NCBI GenBank assembly: GCA_965287045.1
Contig: OZ336880.1
Coordinates: forward strand, 73,408,001-73,472,000
Reading direction: 5' to 3'
Length of the DNA stretch: 64,000 nucleotides
Source of the DNA: Carcharhinus amblyrhynchos
Taxonomy: Eukaryota
Positions 50,141-62,805 of the stretch are shown in pieces. The notes beneath the pieces were generated by a model. It was not told where the DNA came from, searched no databases, and saw only the letters and a list, made by a program, of their open reading frames with translations. The translations under genes were made by a program, and so were the position numbers. Numbering within the stretch: the first letter of the stretch is position 1; each line of letters opens with the position of its first letter.

Positions 50141-50553
50141 AGATTATTCTATTTTAACAGATGGAAAAGATGTGAAATGTATGACATTTCTCTTTACATA
50201 TATGTATAGACGTAAAGACACCAGGTGCAGGTTAAATAATGGTAGATACACGCTTTGCTCATCTCTGCTTCAGAATTAAAGTAACAGACAACAATAACTT
50301 TCATTTATATATCAACTTTAACATAGAAAACCTCCAAAAGTGCCTTACAAAAGTGGGAGAGGAAGGAAAAGTAAATACAATAGTTAAATAAAATTAATGC
50401 AATGGACAACTAGCCATCATGCAAGAGTTGGGAGATATGACTGAGAGTATAGTCAAAAAGATGGATTTTGAGAAAGTTTTTAAAGGTGGAGAAGAGATGG
50501 ATTTAGCAAAGAATTCCTAAGTGTAAAGACAAAGCAGCTAAGAGTCTAAACTT

Positions 50554-50768
50554 AAGATAAAAGCAAAATACTGCAGATGCTGGAATCTGAAACAAAATCA
50601 GGAAATTCTAGAAAATCTCAGCAAGTCTGAAGGCATCTGTGGAGAGAGAATAGAGCCAATGTCAGAACTGCTCCAGGAAAGGTCATCCAGACGTGAAACG
50701 TTGGCTCTGTTCTCTCTCCACAGATGCTGTCAGATCTGCTGAGATTTTCCAACATTTTCTGTTTTGTG
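50554..50768. mobile_element. Fold-back Penelope-derived element (family B) with 15-bp target duplication
   Basis: TAAGAGTCTAAACTT at 50539-53 and 50769-83. Arms gaaaatctcagca..gcatctgtggagagagaa / ttctctctccacagatgc..tgctgagattttc. Decayed hammerhead ggtcatccagacgtgaaacgtt. Confidence 0.8.
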
Positions 50769-51820
50769 TAAGAGTCTAAACTTGCTTGGGAGATTGCTTT
50801 TGAAAAGCAGAACTAGCAGAGTCTAAATAGTCCTTCGAGCAAAACATTATTGAACATTGTAGGATGTGTGCACCAGGGCTATGCTGTTGGAATGAAATCA
50901 TAACCAACAGGAGTTCAGCCTGTAAGATCAAGCACAGAGGTTAATAAGCTTGGTTCATGACACTCCTAATTTTTGGATGATAGATTTTAATCACCAGACT
51001 CAGAAATACCATGAATCAGGGGCACTAACCTCTGCACCCTTTTCACTCGTCTGTGATACTGTTCAGTGAACCATTACGCAGAGGGCATAGCTCCTCTGAA
51101 TTTATTGTATGTATTATCTAATGCATTTACCAACTTTTGTTAGCAATACCCTCCATCAGACAGTGAGGTCCTTTGTGATCTAGGCAATGTGGGCTTGCAT
51201 TCAAATAAATAAATATTACTTCAATAAGGACTGGGCTATTTCAATACGTTCATATTTTTTATTAGCTTTAAGGTCGCCATCATCTATGGGATCTTTTCAC
51301 AAATCTGACAACTGGGAACTATCTGCATTTCTGGCTTTCAAAAACTCAGCGGGGAATTTATCAAAACACTTTTCGGCCAGAATTCAAAAGGCTCATCTCA
51401 GTGTGGGATTACGAATGCTTCATTTTCAGTTCCCTTGCACTGGTTTCATGGAATTATAATGAGAATGTCACAGAAGTCTTGTATTCCCACCATGATTGAA
51501 AAATTTGAAAATGATTCACTGGTTTTGAATGCAGTTTCCAGATCCATCTGAAAAACGTAGACATTCTTCATCATCATCTCGGTGACTAAAAACTGTCCGC
51601 TGCACCCCTAGACTGAAGAAACCATTTGTATTTAATTGTTTTTAACAAGAAATGGTCTGTTGTTTGGACAGTGCCATTTTCTGTAGCAGCTTGAAAGTAA
51701 CCCAATAAACATAAGTGTTTTGATGGGATAGGCTTTGAAAGTCAAGACATAAGTGATTCATTCAGCTTAAAGCCCCTGCCAAAAACTTAAATGCACATTA
51801 TCATAGAATCCTACAGTGCA

Positions 51821-52112
51821 GAAGGAGGTCATTTGGCCCATCAAGTGTACCAACCACAATCCCACCCAGGCCCTATCCCCATAATCCTATGCATTTACCC
51901 TAGCTAACTCCCCTGACACTAAGGGGCAATTTAGCATGCCCAATCCACCTAACCCGCACATCTTTGGACTGTGGGACGAAACCCGAGCACCCGGAAGAAA
52001 CCCATGTAGACACGGGGAGAACATGCAAACTCCACATACGCAGTGACCCAAGTCAGGAATTGAACCCGGGTCCCTAGTGCTGTGAGGCAGCAGTGTTGAC
52101 CACTGTGCCACC
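51821..52112 (-). mobile_element. HE1-type V-SINE, tail type 1
   Basis: catagaatcctacagtgcagaagg..gctgtgaggcagcagtgttgaccactgtgccacc. Confidence 0.92.
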
Positions 52113-53689
52113 ATTGCTTCAGAAGTCATGAAGCAATGTATAGAAGTAATCTGGGTACGCTTAGGCAAAAAGAAACAAAGAGGTGTTTCCGTCCCTCAAC
52201 AGTTAACGTTTGATTATTGCTTAAGATCCCCCCAAAATTAAGAAAACATATTTTCTTTAAACTCAAGCTTTAAGTTAACAAATTCTAGATTCATGGGGAA
52301 TTCAACAGTTCAGGGGAAAAATATACAAGATGTACCTGCAGTCTCTCATACCCACTGTATCAAAAAAAAAGCCAATAACAAAATTGCTTTTTCTATACAC
52401 TTAAAATGTTGGGGAAATATGGCTAGCCTCGTTAACTTTCTCTTCCCACGGTTCACATGTTGGTTTCCTCTTTTTTTCCTCCACACATTCCAAAAATGAA
52501 AACTTTCCACGGTTTTGCACTTAGTACAAAATATCACTGCAGTGGAATGCTTGTGCGTATGTTTCTTCCAAAACTACTTTTCCAATTATTTACCCAACCA
52601 TCTGTGTCATCAGCATTCACGTGTAGTAAAAGGAACTTTCTCACCTGTCTAATTTGGGCAAGTGCTACGATGAAGTAATGAACCAGTCGGAAAGAGTCTC
52701 AAAGGAGTAGAACAACTTCCAAACAACTTTTGTCATTATTGCTCCTGGATCCAGAAGGCTGTTAGTTCACCAAGGTCAACCTGGTTTGCATTAGCTTAAT
52801 CTTTCAGGTCCTGAAGGTGTAACATGGTCTCTCTCAGCTTGCTGACTACCTACAGTATCCGACAAATCGATATTCTCTGATTCAGAGAATTGGCTTCTTG
52901 AATGAATTCAGCATAGACCTCACCTCCTTGTGTGTGCCTTGAACCTGTCCACTGTAATCACTTTCCAGCATGAAAGGCTGACCAAAAGATGTGAATAAAA
53001 AGTTTAAGCTCGTTTGAATTTAAATTTACCATTTGTATCGGATCCACCAAAACAAGTGGCAACAATCATGATCCCAGTGGATTTCAACTGTATACTTGTG
53101 TTTGTGACATGCAAAACACAGCCATCCGCACACATATACACTTACACTCCAAACCCTGCCAAAATTTTCCTTCATTATGGCAAGTGACATATACATACTT
53201 GGAGCAACAACAATAAATGGTAGGAACTCTATGTGCAGCGCCTAATTTAGGATTCTTTCATGAACTCGTAAAACTTATGATGCCTCAAAGCCTTTGTTTT
53301 GGTATACAGTGCCGATATCCAGTAATAAATCTGCTTTTGAATGTTGGTGGTCTGAGTAAATAGTATTCATCTGATTCTCGACTGATTGGTGCCAACAACA
53401 ACTTGTATTTATATAGCACCTTTAATAGTAGTACAACATACCAAGATGCTTTGTAGGAGTGTAATTGGACAAAAAAAAATTAACTGCAGGAGACATTGGG
53501 CAAAATTTTTGACTGATATTCCCAGCCAAAATGATGGAACCTGCAGCACTGTATCTGTCAAAGGGATGATTTCGAATTAAATGATCTCCAGGATGGATCA
53601 GAAAGGTTCAACTATATATAGATTTCTGAGCTTACAGCAATCACTGGAATAGAGAGTAGTCCTGTCTTCCCAGCTATCTCACGCTTACT

Positions 53690-53880
53690 TCTGGAGGCCC
53701 AGTTTCAGGATCTGAGGCACCATACTCAGGTGAGCTTTCCCAAGGATGGAAGAGACCAGCCTCTCCAACTGAGCTGATGTACCATGGAAGAGGCCAGGGA
53801 GGGAAACAGCAGATGTTCACTCCAACCTGGAGACAGTGCATCAAGGGAACCAAGGAACTCAGGACGGTCGGAAAGGTGAG
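53690..53880 (+). pseudogene. Myb/SANT-like ORF relic of a Harbinger transposon
   Basis: FPKDGR..TWRQCIKGTKELRTVGKV resembles LFPxDGR..RTWxQCRKRFNDLxR, followed by a gtgag donor-like site. Confidence 0.5.
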
Positions 53881-54439
53881 GGGAATAACTCTTTCAGGTG
53901 CCAAGTCCCGTATCCTGCCTTTCTCCATATTTTCTTTCCCAGCACTCCTCAGAACAATACGCCTTGCTGCTCCACTCTCTTCCTGACAGAGCCTCACTCC
54001 TTCATAAATGGACTTTCAGCACTCACCTTCATTCTATTGCACAGTCACCGTTTTCAAGTGTCCTTTCCTCCCTGACACATAAGCCATTTTGAACACTTGT
54101 GACTCTCAGTCTTCTTTCCCTGCAGTTAAAGGGAACACACTATTTCAGGGAGAGGCAGAGACCTCCCTGTGTCATGGGGATGAGTAGGGGTGGTGGTTCT
54201 CCAGAGACAGGCACCTTGATGGTCACTGGCAATAGATATCTTCATAGTGCACTTGGAAGGAGGTCTTATTCCAGGAGACTGCAAATGTTAGCAGGGAACA
54301 GCTATGAAAACCTGAGCCCCCTAAAGTATTGGTGTTGACTCTTGTTAAGAAAGCTGAACCACTTCCTGCCTATGTTGGGGATATTGCCTCATTGAAGCCG
54401 GATCTCAGTGTCCATCCCCTCTGCACTGTAGGGCAGAAT

Positions 54440-55230
54440 GTGAATGAGGATAAGGCAGCTGCTTCTTCTACTCAGCTCAGCCTTCAGCCAATTGAGAAGA
54501 AGAATATATGAGAACCAGCTTCTAAAACCCAAGACTAAAGTCTTAGTTTACCAGACAGCATTGATTCTTACATTCCTATATGCTTCAGAGAGTTGTGCAG
54601 CCTATTTTGCAGTCACCTCAAAGCACTGGAGAAATACCAGCAAGTGTTACTTCACATGATACGAATATAATAACATAAGATACAGGAATTGAAGTAGACC
54701 ACACAGCCCATTTAAACTACTCTGCCATTCAATATGATCGTGGCTGATTTTGGGCTTCAAATCCTCCAAATCTGGTGGTAAGAAAGGCCATCCAACAATG
54801 GTGTCCACTCCCAAACCAACATGCCCAGCATCAAGGTGCTAATCACTCAAAACCAGCTCCACTGGGTGGGACACCATTCTTCTGAAGCAACTGCTCTATT
54901 TTAAATTTGGTCTGCAGGAGTCCCATGAGGACAATACAAATGCTTTACGAATGCCTCCCCCCACCCCCCTATTCATCCTGCATCCTGCCTTGTGACTGAC
55001 CAAAATGGAGGAAATTTATTCAGGAAGAAACACATGGAGTGAGTATGCAGAGATGAAATCAAGGTATGGAAGAGAGCACATCCAAATACATCAACTCCCA
55101 AATCTTCCTGCAACAGCTGCTCCTCATGGGGCAGGGTCTGCAGTTTATGCATTAAACTTAATTGCCATCTCAGAACCCAACTGGATAGCTTAAATCTGGA
55201 GACACTGCCTAAGAGAGAAAGTCTCTTCCC
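54440..55230 (+). mobile_element. RTE-clade LINE 3' portion, interrupted by a CR1 tail (about 54660-54760, -)
   Basis: SSAFSQLRRRIYENQLLKPKTKVLVYQTALILTFLYASES is an RTE RT C-terminal signature; decayed C2H2 finger near 55115-55175. Confidence 0.75.
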
Positions 55231-57599
55231 TATCAGAGTTGTAAGAAGAGCTGGTAAAATTTCTGCCATGTCATGATGAAGGTTGACAGCAGGGAAGTGC
55301 AGCTGAAAAATGAGTGAAGTGACTTCCGAGAAGTTGGAAATCACCTGTCCAGCAGTCAGAGCTCACTCTGTGCTGTGGTCGTGGCTGCACTTCTTCAGTT
55401 TCACTGATCAAAGTCTTAGCAACGTGTCAGCTTTGCTGAAGAAGTCCCCACATTCCCCCCGGTTGGTTAAAACAGCAGTCAAAAACATAGGGCGCGATCT
55501 TACTGGCCGTTCATGCCCCACGTTCCCACTGCAGTAAAGTCAGAGAATTTGGCGACCAGCCAAATCTCCATTTGCTGCAGCAGGATGGGGAATTCCCGCT
55601 GGTATGAATGGCTGTAACTTTGCAGCCCCAGTTAAATATTTTAATTAATTGCTCAACAACTGCAAGGGTGTTACTCTCTCACTTGCAAAAACCACCCAGG
55701 CGAAACCTGGGAGTGGGCAAGATCACGTCAAGAACCCGACCCAGCAATATTTTCATGGGATTTAACTTGTCCTCATGCACCCAAACCCGTGAACCCTTTG
55801 TCCAGTAAAACTCCCCCATTAGTTGAGCCGACTGAAATCTTGTTCAAAGATGTTGGGGAGAGGGGTGGAAAAGCAGGGAGGGTTCGTGAGCACATTTAGC
55901 ATCTAGACAGCTGAAGGCATGGCAGCCATTAGTTGGGTGACAGAAGTTTGGGATGCATCAGAGACCAGAACTGGAGAAATGAAATGCTCTCAGAGGGATA
56001 TATGTTCGGAAGGAATTTCAGAAATACGATAGGGAGATGTCATGAAGGAATTGAACATGAGGATAAGAATTTTTAAATTAGGCACCTGGAGACTCCATCT
56101 TAATCTGTACCAGTCAGGGCTAATGTAGAGAGGATACATGTCCAAGGTCTGCCAGTACATACCTTGGTTCCTACTAATTCAGCAAAGGGTCTTCCCAATG
56201 CTAAACCAACACATATTGTATTTATTTATTGATTGGGCTATATTTTCATTCTAGGCTTTAAAGTTTGAAATTCCCTGCCTAAGTCATTCTACCTTTCTGC
56301 CTGCCTTTCTTCATTTTAAAAAACTCCTCGAGCTCTTCCTCCTTGACCGAGCTCTTTGATCATTAAAAATGTCTCGTGATTTCTATTCCATTGAGGGTGC
56401 TACATAACTGCAGGTCACTGTTGTGGCTTAGCCATATCCACTGATTATAGTTTTGTCACAGAACGGTACCGTTTTCAGCACAATAATGCAGTCTGCAGCA
56501 GTGTAAACCTTTATACTCATGCACATGCAACAAGTCACAGCAGATGCTGACATTAATGCATTGGACCTAGTCTAATACCAAATAACGTTAAACCAAAATT
56601 AGAGATTGTACTTTTTTTGATTCCCTAAAGAGACTGAATGTGCCTGTTTATTTTACTTAAACAGCCTTCAGTAAGACACAAGTTCAGTTGACAAATTTGA
56701 ATGCAGGTGCTGCCTCAACCATTGTCACATTTATGTCACCAGAAATGGCTCTATACTTTCTGGAATTGATACAATGGACAGTTCCTCCCAGAAAGGTCTG
56801 AATTATAGTTGACATTTCATGAACTTCCTAATGTTTTACTGAGAGGGTCAATGAACTAAAATTTATGTGTTCTGCAAACCTCGAGTCACAAAAAGTTCAT
56901 CCTGTGTACCTCCAACAACAGCTTTCCTTCTAAACAAAGACAGCAAGTAAATCAGTTCAGGGATCCTGCATCCTGCTTTCAGATGTCACACACCACATTC
57001 CTGCTGGCTGTATTCTCTTCATGGTGGGAGAAATAAGGCACATGGACAATTCTCATGAAAGAATCCAGACAAGACAGCATTAAAGCGAAAGGAAGAGACA
57101 GGGGCTGATGCAGTTAGGCACCATTTTAATGCTCCACTGTCCGTTTATCCTATTTAGAAATTTAGTCGTACTTTCCTCTCGATATTTTGTGCAATACCAA
57201 CCTTTGACCAACTTATTAGTGAAAAGCATAGTCAACAAATTAGTCAGACATTAGTGAGAAACCCTATGACCTGGCTAGGAGCAGTGAACCACACAGTTTA
57301 CACAGAATTGTTGCAGTGCAGAAGGAAGCCATCTGCCTCATTGTCTGCACCAGCTCTCTGAATGAGCAATTTGAGCAATGCAATTGCCCTTTTTTTCATT
57401 CCTTAGCTCTAGCCAAGTTGATTCTATCCTTGACCCCTCTGGGACATTCTGTTCCTCTAAGCTCTGCAATGATCCCCTTAATCAATACCACCATTCCTCC
57501 CATCGTTCATCATTTAGAACATAAAACATACAGCATAGAACACTACAGTACAAACAGGCCCTTCGGCCCACAAGTTGTGCCAATCATATCCATACCTAA

Positions 57600-58170
57600 C
57601 ATTTCCTATTTTTCACGAATTCTTTGAATCCAGGGGTATTTAACTCTTCTTTGAGCCAGGTCTCTGTTATAGCCACAGCATCATGGGTGGGAATTTCTGG
57701 CCACGCTTGTCCCAAGATCAGAAAATCTCACCTGAGATCAACCGACATTTGTATGGCCTGGTCCCCGTCCACTACAATTCCCATGGCAGTGGGTTGGGAA
57801 AATTCTGCCCCATGTTTCTACATAGCAATCTGCACTTGTAACTGACCAATCTTGCAATCACACTCCATGTGTGAATACACAGTTGCCCTGATTAAGACTT
57901 TTTTACTTTCTTGCTTACTTTTACCCCACCTATTAACTGACACTGTTTGCCTTGGTATTTCTCTCTGATATTATCTCCTGGTTTCCATACCCCTGCTACA
58001 TTGGTTTGAAACCTCCCCAATAACACGAGTAAAATGCCTTACAAGGAACTTAGTCATGGCTCTATTTAAATGCAGCGCGTTCATCCTGTCTACGTCTCAT
58101 TTCCCCCAAAAGCAATGCCAGCATCCCAAAAACCCAAGTGTCCCTTCTGCACCAACTTTCCAAATGATAG
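57600..58170 (-). mobile_element. CR1 5' relic (ORF1 esterase end and ORF2 endonuclease start)
   Basis: Minus strand FLGCWHCFWGK..ALHLNRA (SGNH esterase-like) and DAVAITETWLKE (APE endonuclease motif). Confidence 0.7.
57685..57810. mobile_element. Harbinger-like MITE with 3-bp TSD
   Basis: CAT|gggtgggaattt...aaattctgccc|CAT; removing it restores the CR1 endonuclease frame. Confidence 0.85.
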
Positions 58171-60025
58171 GAATGCACTGGGGCTAAGAATGCATAAATA
58201 TGGATAGATTCAGATCAGGTCACCGAGAGCACGATTTCTGTGCTCTTCAAATGGCTTACAGTTAAGGTTGGGACATAAAGAGGAAAACAGGTATGGCATT
58301 TTTCGAAGCCAGTACCCATATTATTCGTTGATCATTCCTTCATTGTTAACCAGACTATTGCAAGGAAACACAACTACCAAATATTTATTCAGCAAATCAC
58401 ACTCATGTATCAATGGTAGATGGTGGCAGGCTGGGTTTATCCTCAATACCCCATTCACCATGATGAAGTCAATTGCTCAAGATTCACACACGAACAGAAG
58501 TGACTGAGCAAAATACTGCAGGTTACCTGACACCCAAGGGACCACCTCAGGACAGGAGTCAATACATTGAGGAAAGGAGTGAAGGAGACTGCTGTAACTA
58601 TATTAATGCAGTAGCAATAATACTATTCATGATTAGACTATCAATAATGTCTGTTAGATTTGGTAGGCATTTTTAAATCTAATTTTAATTAACTGTGCAT
58701 TAATAAATAAAACGACATTTTAGAAAAATTAATTGAATAAGTTCGCTTCGTTTGCCACTTAAAAATGGATGTTATATGAGAGCAGGAACAATTACTGGTA
58801 ATTGCACAGTTTAGCACAGAAAGACTGGCTCAGCAACATCCTAATGGTCAATAGCACTCATTTCTATCCTAATTTGCTTTTATTCCAGTAAGAGTACAAA
58901 TGTTTCAGATTAATTACTGATAAATAATAAATTTGACTGAACTTTTAATAGAATCACATCATGACATGGCCACTATTTGCATTTAATATATTTTACAAGT
59001 AGAATGGAGGAACAATCAAGGTGTTTATCTTTTTGTCATCATCCTGTTCACCTTGACCAGTCACGTAAAAAGAGTAAAGTGTTGTAAATATATGATACGG
59101 CCCATTTAAATGTGAAGAGAGGAAAGTTTAGCACTTCGAATTTCGAGCCTTTACCAAAACTAGGTGACAAACAAACCTCTTTAGATAATGGAATAACTTA
59201 AAGTAGGGGGGAAGATGAGGAAAATATTAGATAAGAATTTATTCAAATGCATGACCTGAATTTTTGAGATAGGAGTCAGCCAACAGCAATTTGGGCTTTT
59301 ATCAGTTATTCTCAGTTTCTTTCTCTCACATCTTGGCCCAAGTCTTCTGAGGAGTGAAAATCACCATTGGATTCCCACACCTTTCCTACTTTCCTGCACC
59401 ATGAATCTGTTCCATAGTTCTGGCCGGATATTCTGATTCTGAATTTTTCAAAAATGATGAGCAGTCTTCCATCCTTCTTCCTTGTCGTGCTGGGAGGTAG
59501 AGCTGCCATGACGAGTAAGTGTTCACTACAGACTAAAAGGCCAGAACACTTAAACTGTTTTTCACTGTATTTGTGAAGAAGCAAATGGGTAAGTGTGCAA
59601 ATGCATAGGTTAGATGAGATAAGTGGATAAGGTTGTAGCTCTAAAGGATGAGTAGGGTGGCAACTGCTGGGGTAGAAGCTGGATATTGTGGCAGGTGACT
59701 ATGGTGGTAAGTGGATATGGTCGCAACTAGGTAGGATGAAGGAGCTTAGTGTAGCATGTGGGTAGGGTGGCAGCTGAGCAGGATGGTATGTGGATCAGGG
59801 GTTAGATGGGTCAAGCAGGAAGAGTTGTCAGGTTGGGGTCGAGTCGGTTTTATCGGGGGGGAGTTGGGAAGTCAGGTGGAATGTTAGTTGGTGAGAGCTA
59901 GTCAGATCGGGTCAGGGATAAGCAGGTGTAGGTGGGGGAGTAGTTGGGAGGTCGGAGGGAGGGAGTCGGATGTGTCAGTTTTATAGTTACCCATGTTAGG
60001 GTATCTGAACAGAAACCTCAATGTA

Positions 60026-60726
60026 TGTTATGAAGTCTGATTAGATTAAATGTGAGGCTAAGATGTTTCACGCCAGGTGTGATTCTATTGATACACTAGG
60101 AAGCCTTTATCAAACAAATAACAATACAGCTTAACTATGACAAATGTAATACCTAAATGTGATGGAACATAATTCTTAACTGCTAATCTATCTTGATTTG
60201 TTCCAAAATAAGCAATATTCTTCCATTGACTTAAACTCTCCACTTCAGAATCAGTTAGCAAATAACACAAGTTTACATGTTATTACTTGTTAACAGTCCT
60301 AGAGCCTTAGAGACTGGAGAGAGAAATAGAGAAACACCTGTCTTCTGACAGCTCCAAACAGCAGCCTTCAGAAAGAGAGAGAGAAAAAGAGAGAGAGAAG
60401 GAAAGAATCTTGCTTCTTTCAGAACCAGATAGAGACTGCTTACTTTTCCCTGTGAACTTAACTCTTCTGATTCACATGACTCTGTTTCTGTCAATTAACC
60501 TAATCAAAACCCTACTCTGAAACCCCAGGACAGATAAACAAAAAAATACATTTATCAGTTTAAAACAAATACCCCATTATGTAAAACAATGTATTCTCCA
60601 GCATTCTCAGCGTGGAGCTGCCTGGTGTGGACAAATCAGCACCAGGTTAACAGAGCTGAATGTTAAACATACCCCTTACAAGAAACATGATATCAATATA
60701 TTTCTTATAGGCAGAGTATCGTCACA
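60026..60726 (-). mobile_element. Probable solo LTR
   Basis: TGTTATGA...TCGTCACA termini and a (GA)n tract; no TSD visible. Confidence 0.4.
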
Positions 60727-62199
60727 CCCTGGTGTTAAACTAGAATATTGGTGTTTAACATTTCCTGGTTAACTATCCAGCTGAGTAATTTGGAACTGTC
60801 CGAAATCTCAAATTGTAACTCATAGTCAGAAGCTTCTTGGGAGAGTTCCTGAAAACAGGGGAAATTAGCCATCGGAAGATCAAACTTCCTGTGCAATTCC
60901 CATGAAGTCAGTATACCAGGACCTCTGTGGGGTTCAGAACTGCATCTTGTGGGATATGCCTGATCTCTGACAATCCTGAAGATCTAGGCCTTTGTTATAT
61001 TAAGCCCTGTAAGGCTGGGTGATTATCTTCAGTTCCCTGTTCTGATAAGATTAACCTAAAATTAGCTAACTGCAGAATTCTTCCAAGCCCCCACCAGTGG
61101 TTTCAATGGCAGGTAGGAGGCAAGGATTTGAGCGGGCTCCAAAAATCAGTTTTACACCAGTGTGCTTTTTCCAGCGGGCTCTTCCACTGATGCCCACCAC
61201 AGGACATCGGGAAGAGGTCAGCGTGAAACTCATTGACATCCTGCTAATGGGATGTAGATAACAGCCTGACCACCCACACCTGATTCTCCATGGCACCAGC
61301 ATGAAAACATCTGGAAAATGTGATGTTCACATGTTGGGACTCACCAGAACAGTGCCTAGGGCTGCATCTGGAGTGCATAGCGGAGGCCTCCAGCAACAAC
61401 GAACCCTGGGAGACCACAGTAGTGGTTGGAGGGAGCATCTGGAGATGCTTCCAGAATTTAATATCCTGGAGTCCATCTTCCAACCTCAGAATGTGCCTGC
61501 AGATCCATCTTCATTTTGAGATGATCCACCTTCTTTCTTCAATAGTGGGTCAGTGATGTTGGGAGCCTTTTCAATATGGTGCCTGGATAGAATGATGTGC
61601 CTTCAGACCTGTCCGCGCCCTGGGAAATGATGCAAAACCACAGGGTGCATAATTAATGAGTAGGGGGTCTGAAGATTTGGCACGTTTGCCTGCCAGCCTC
61701 CTCAGTATGAACCATTCCACATTCCCAGCCCTGCCATAGGGCTTGGGAAAATTCCACCCATTTTTTTTTTCTTTTCAAATACTGAAAGATCTGCTTTGTA
61801 TTTCCTACATTTCCAGTGTTTTACATTTATTAAAAAAAAATTCTTTATAATTCCATCAATGCCTATTGTGCAGCAAAATCTACCAAATTTGAATAAGCGA
61901 TCCAAAAGACCAGTGCCAAAACTATGTACATCAATAATAAATATATACATAATATAAATGAAACAGTTTTACATAATTGCTATAAAAAGTAGTTGCATAC
62001 TTCACAAGAAATGATTATCCAATTACGGAACGACTCATTAAGTGGAGTGGAAATGAAAAGATAATGTAACAGTAGCTTGGTTTGAGAAATGTAATTCTAC
62101 TATTTACCATATTTTTCAATTCCTTTTTTCTGAATTTACGAGTGTTGGACTAGTGTGTGGCCATTTTTGCAATTATTTCCAAATATACTGTGTCTGTGT

Positions 62200-62805
62200 C
62201 CAACTATAACGACAAGGGCAGCAGATGTATGGGGACACCACCACTGCAAATTATCCTTCAAGTCACATACCTTCCTGACTTGGAACTGTACTGCTGCACC
62301 TGGGACGGCATTTGGCACAGTGGTCAGCTTTGCTGGCTCGCAGTGCTTAGGGACCCGAGTTCAATTCCTAGCTTGGGTCATTGTCTGCATGTTCTCTCTG
62401 TGGGTTTCCTCCAGGGGGTCCAGTTTTCTCTCACAGCCCGAAAGATGTGCTGTGTAGGTGCATTGGCCATGCTAAATCCTCGCTCAGTGTACCCGAACAG
62501 GCACCGGAATGTGGTCATCCGAGGATTTTCACAGTAACTTCATTGCAGTGTTAATGTAAGCCAACTTGTGACACTAATAACAAATAAACTTAAAGCTTCA
62601 ACTTAAACTTCACTGTCACTGCACAAAAGTTCTTGGAACTCCATTCTTAACAGCACTGTGTGTGTGCCTACACCTCATGGGCTGCTGCGATTCATGAAAA
62701 CAGTTCACCAATACCTTCTCAAGGGCAATTAGGAATGGGCAACAAATGTTGGCCTTGCCAGCCAAGCTTACATCTGAAGAAGAAATAAAAAGAAAAAAAA
62801 ACCTC
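62200..62805 (+). mobile_element. LINE 3' end interrupted by a V-SINE (tail type 2, 62301-62608)
   Basis: LINE blocks ccttcaagtcacatacc and ctcaagggcaattaggaatgggcaac flank a full SINE ending tgtgacactaataacaaataaacttaaagcttcaacttaaactt. Confidence 0.8.
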
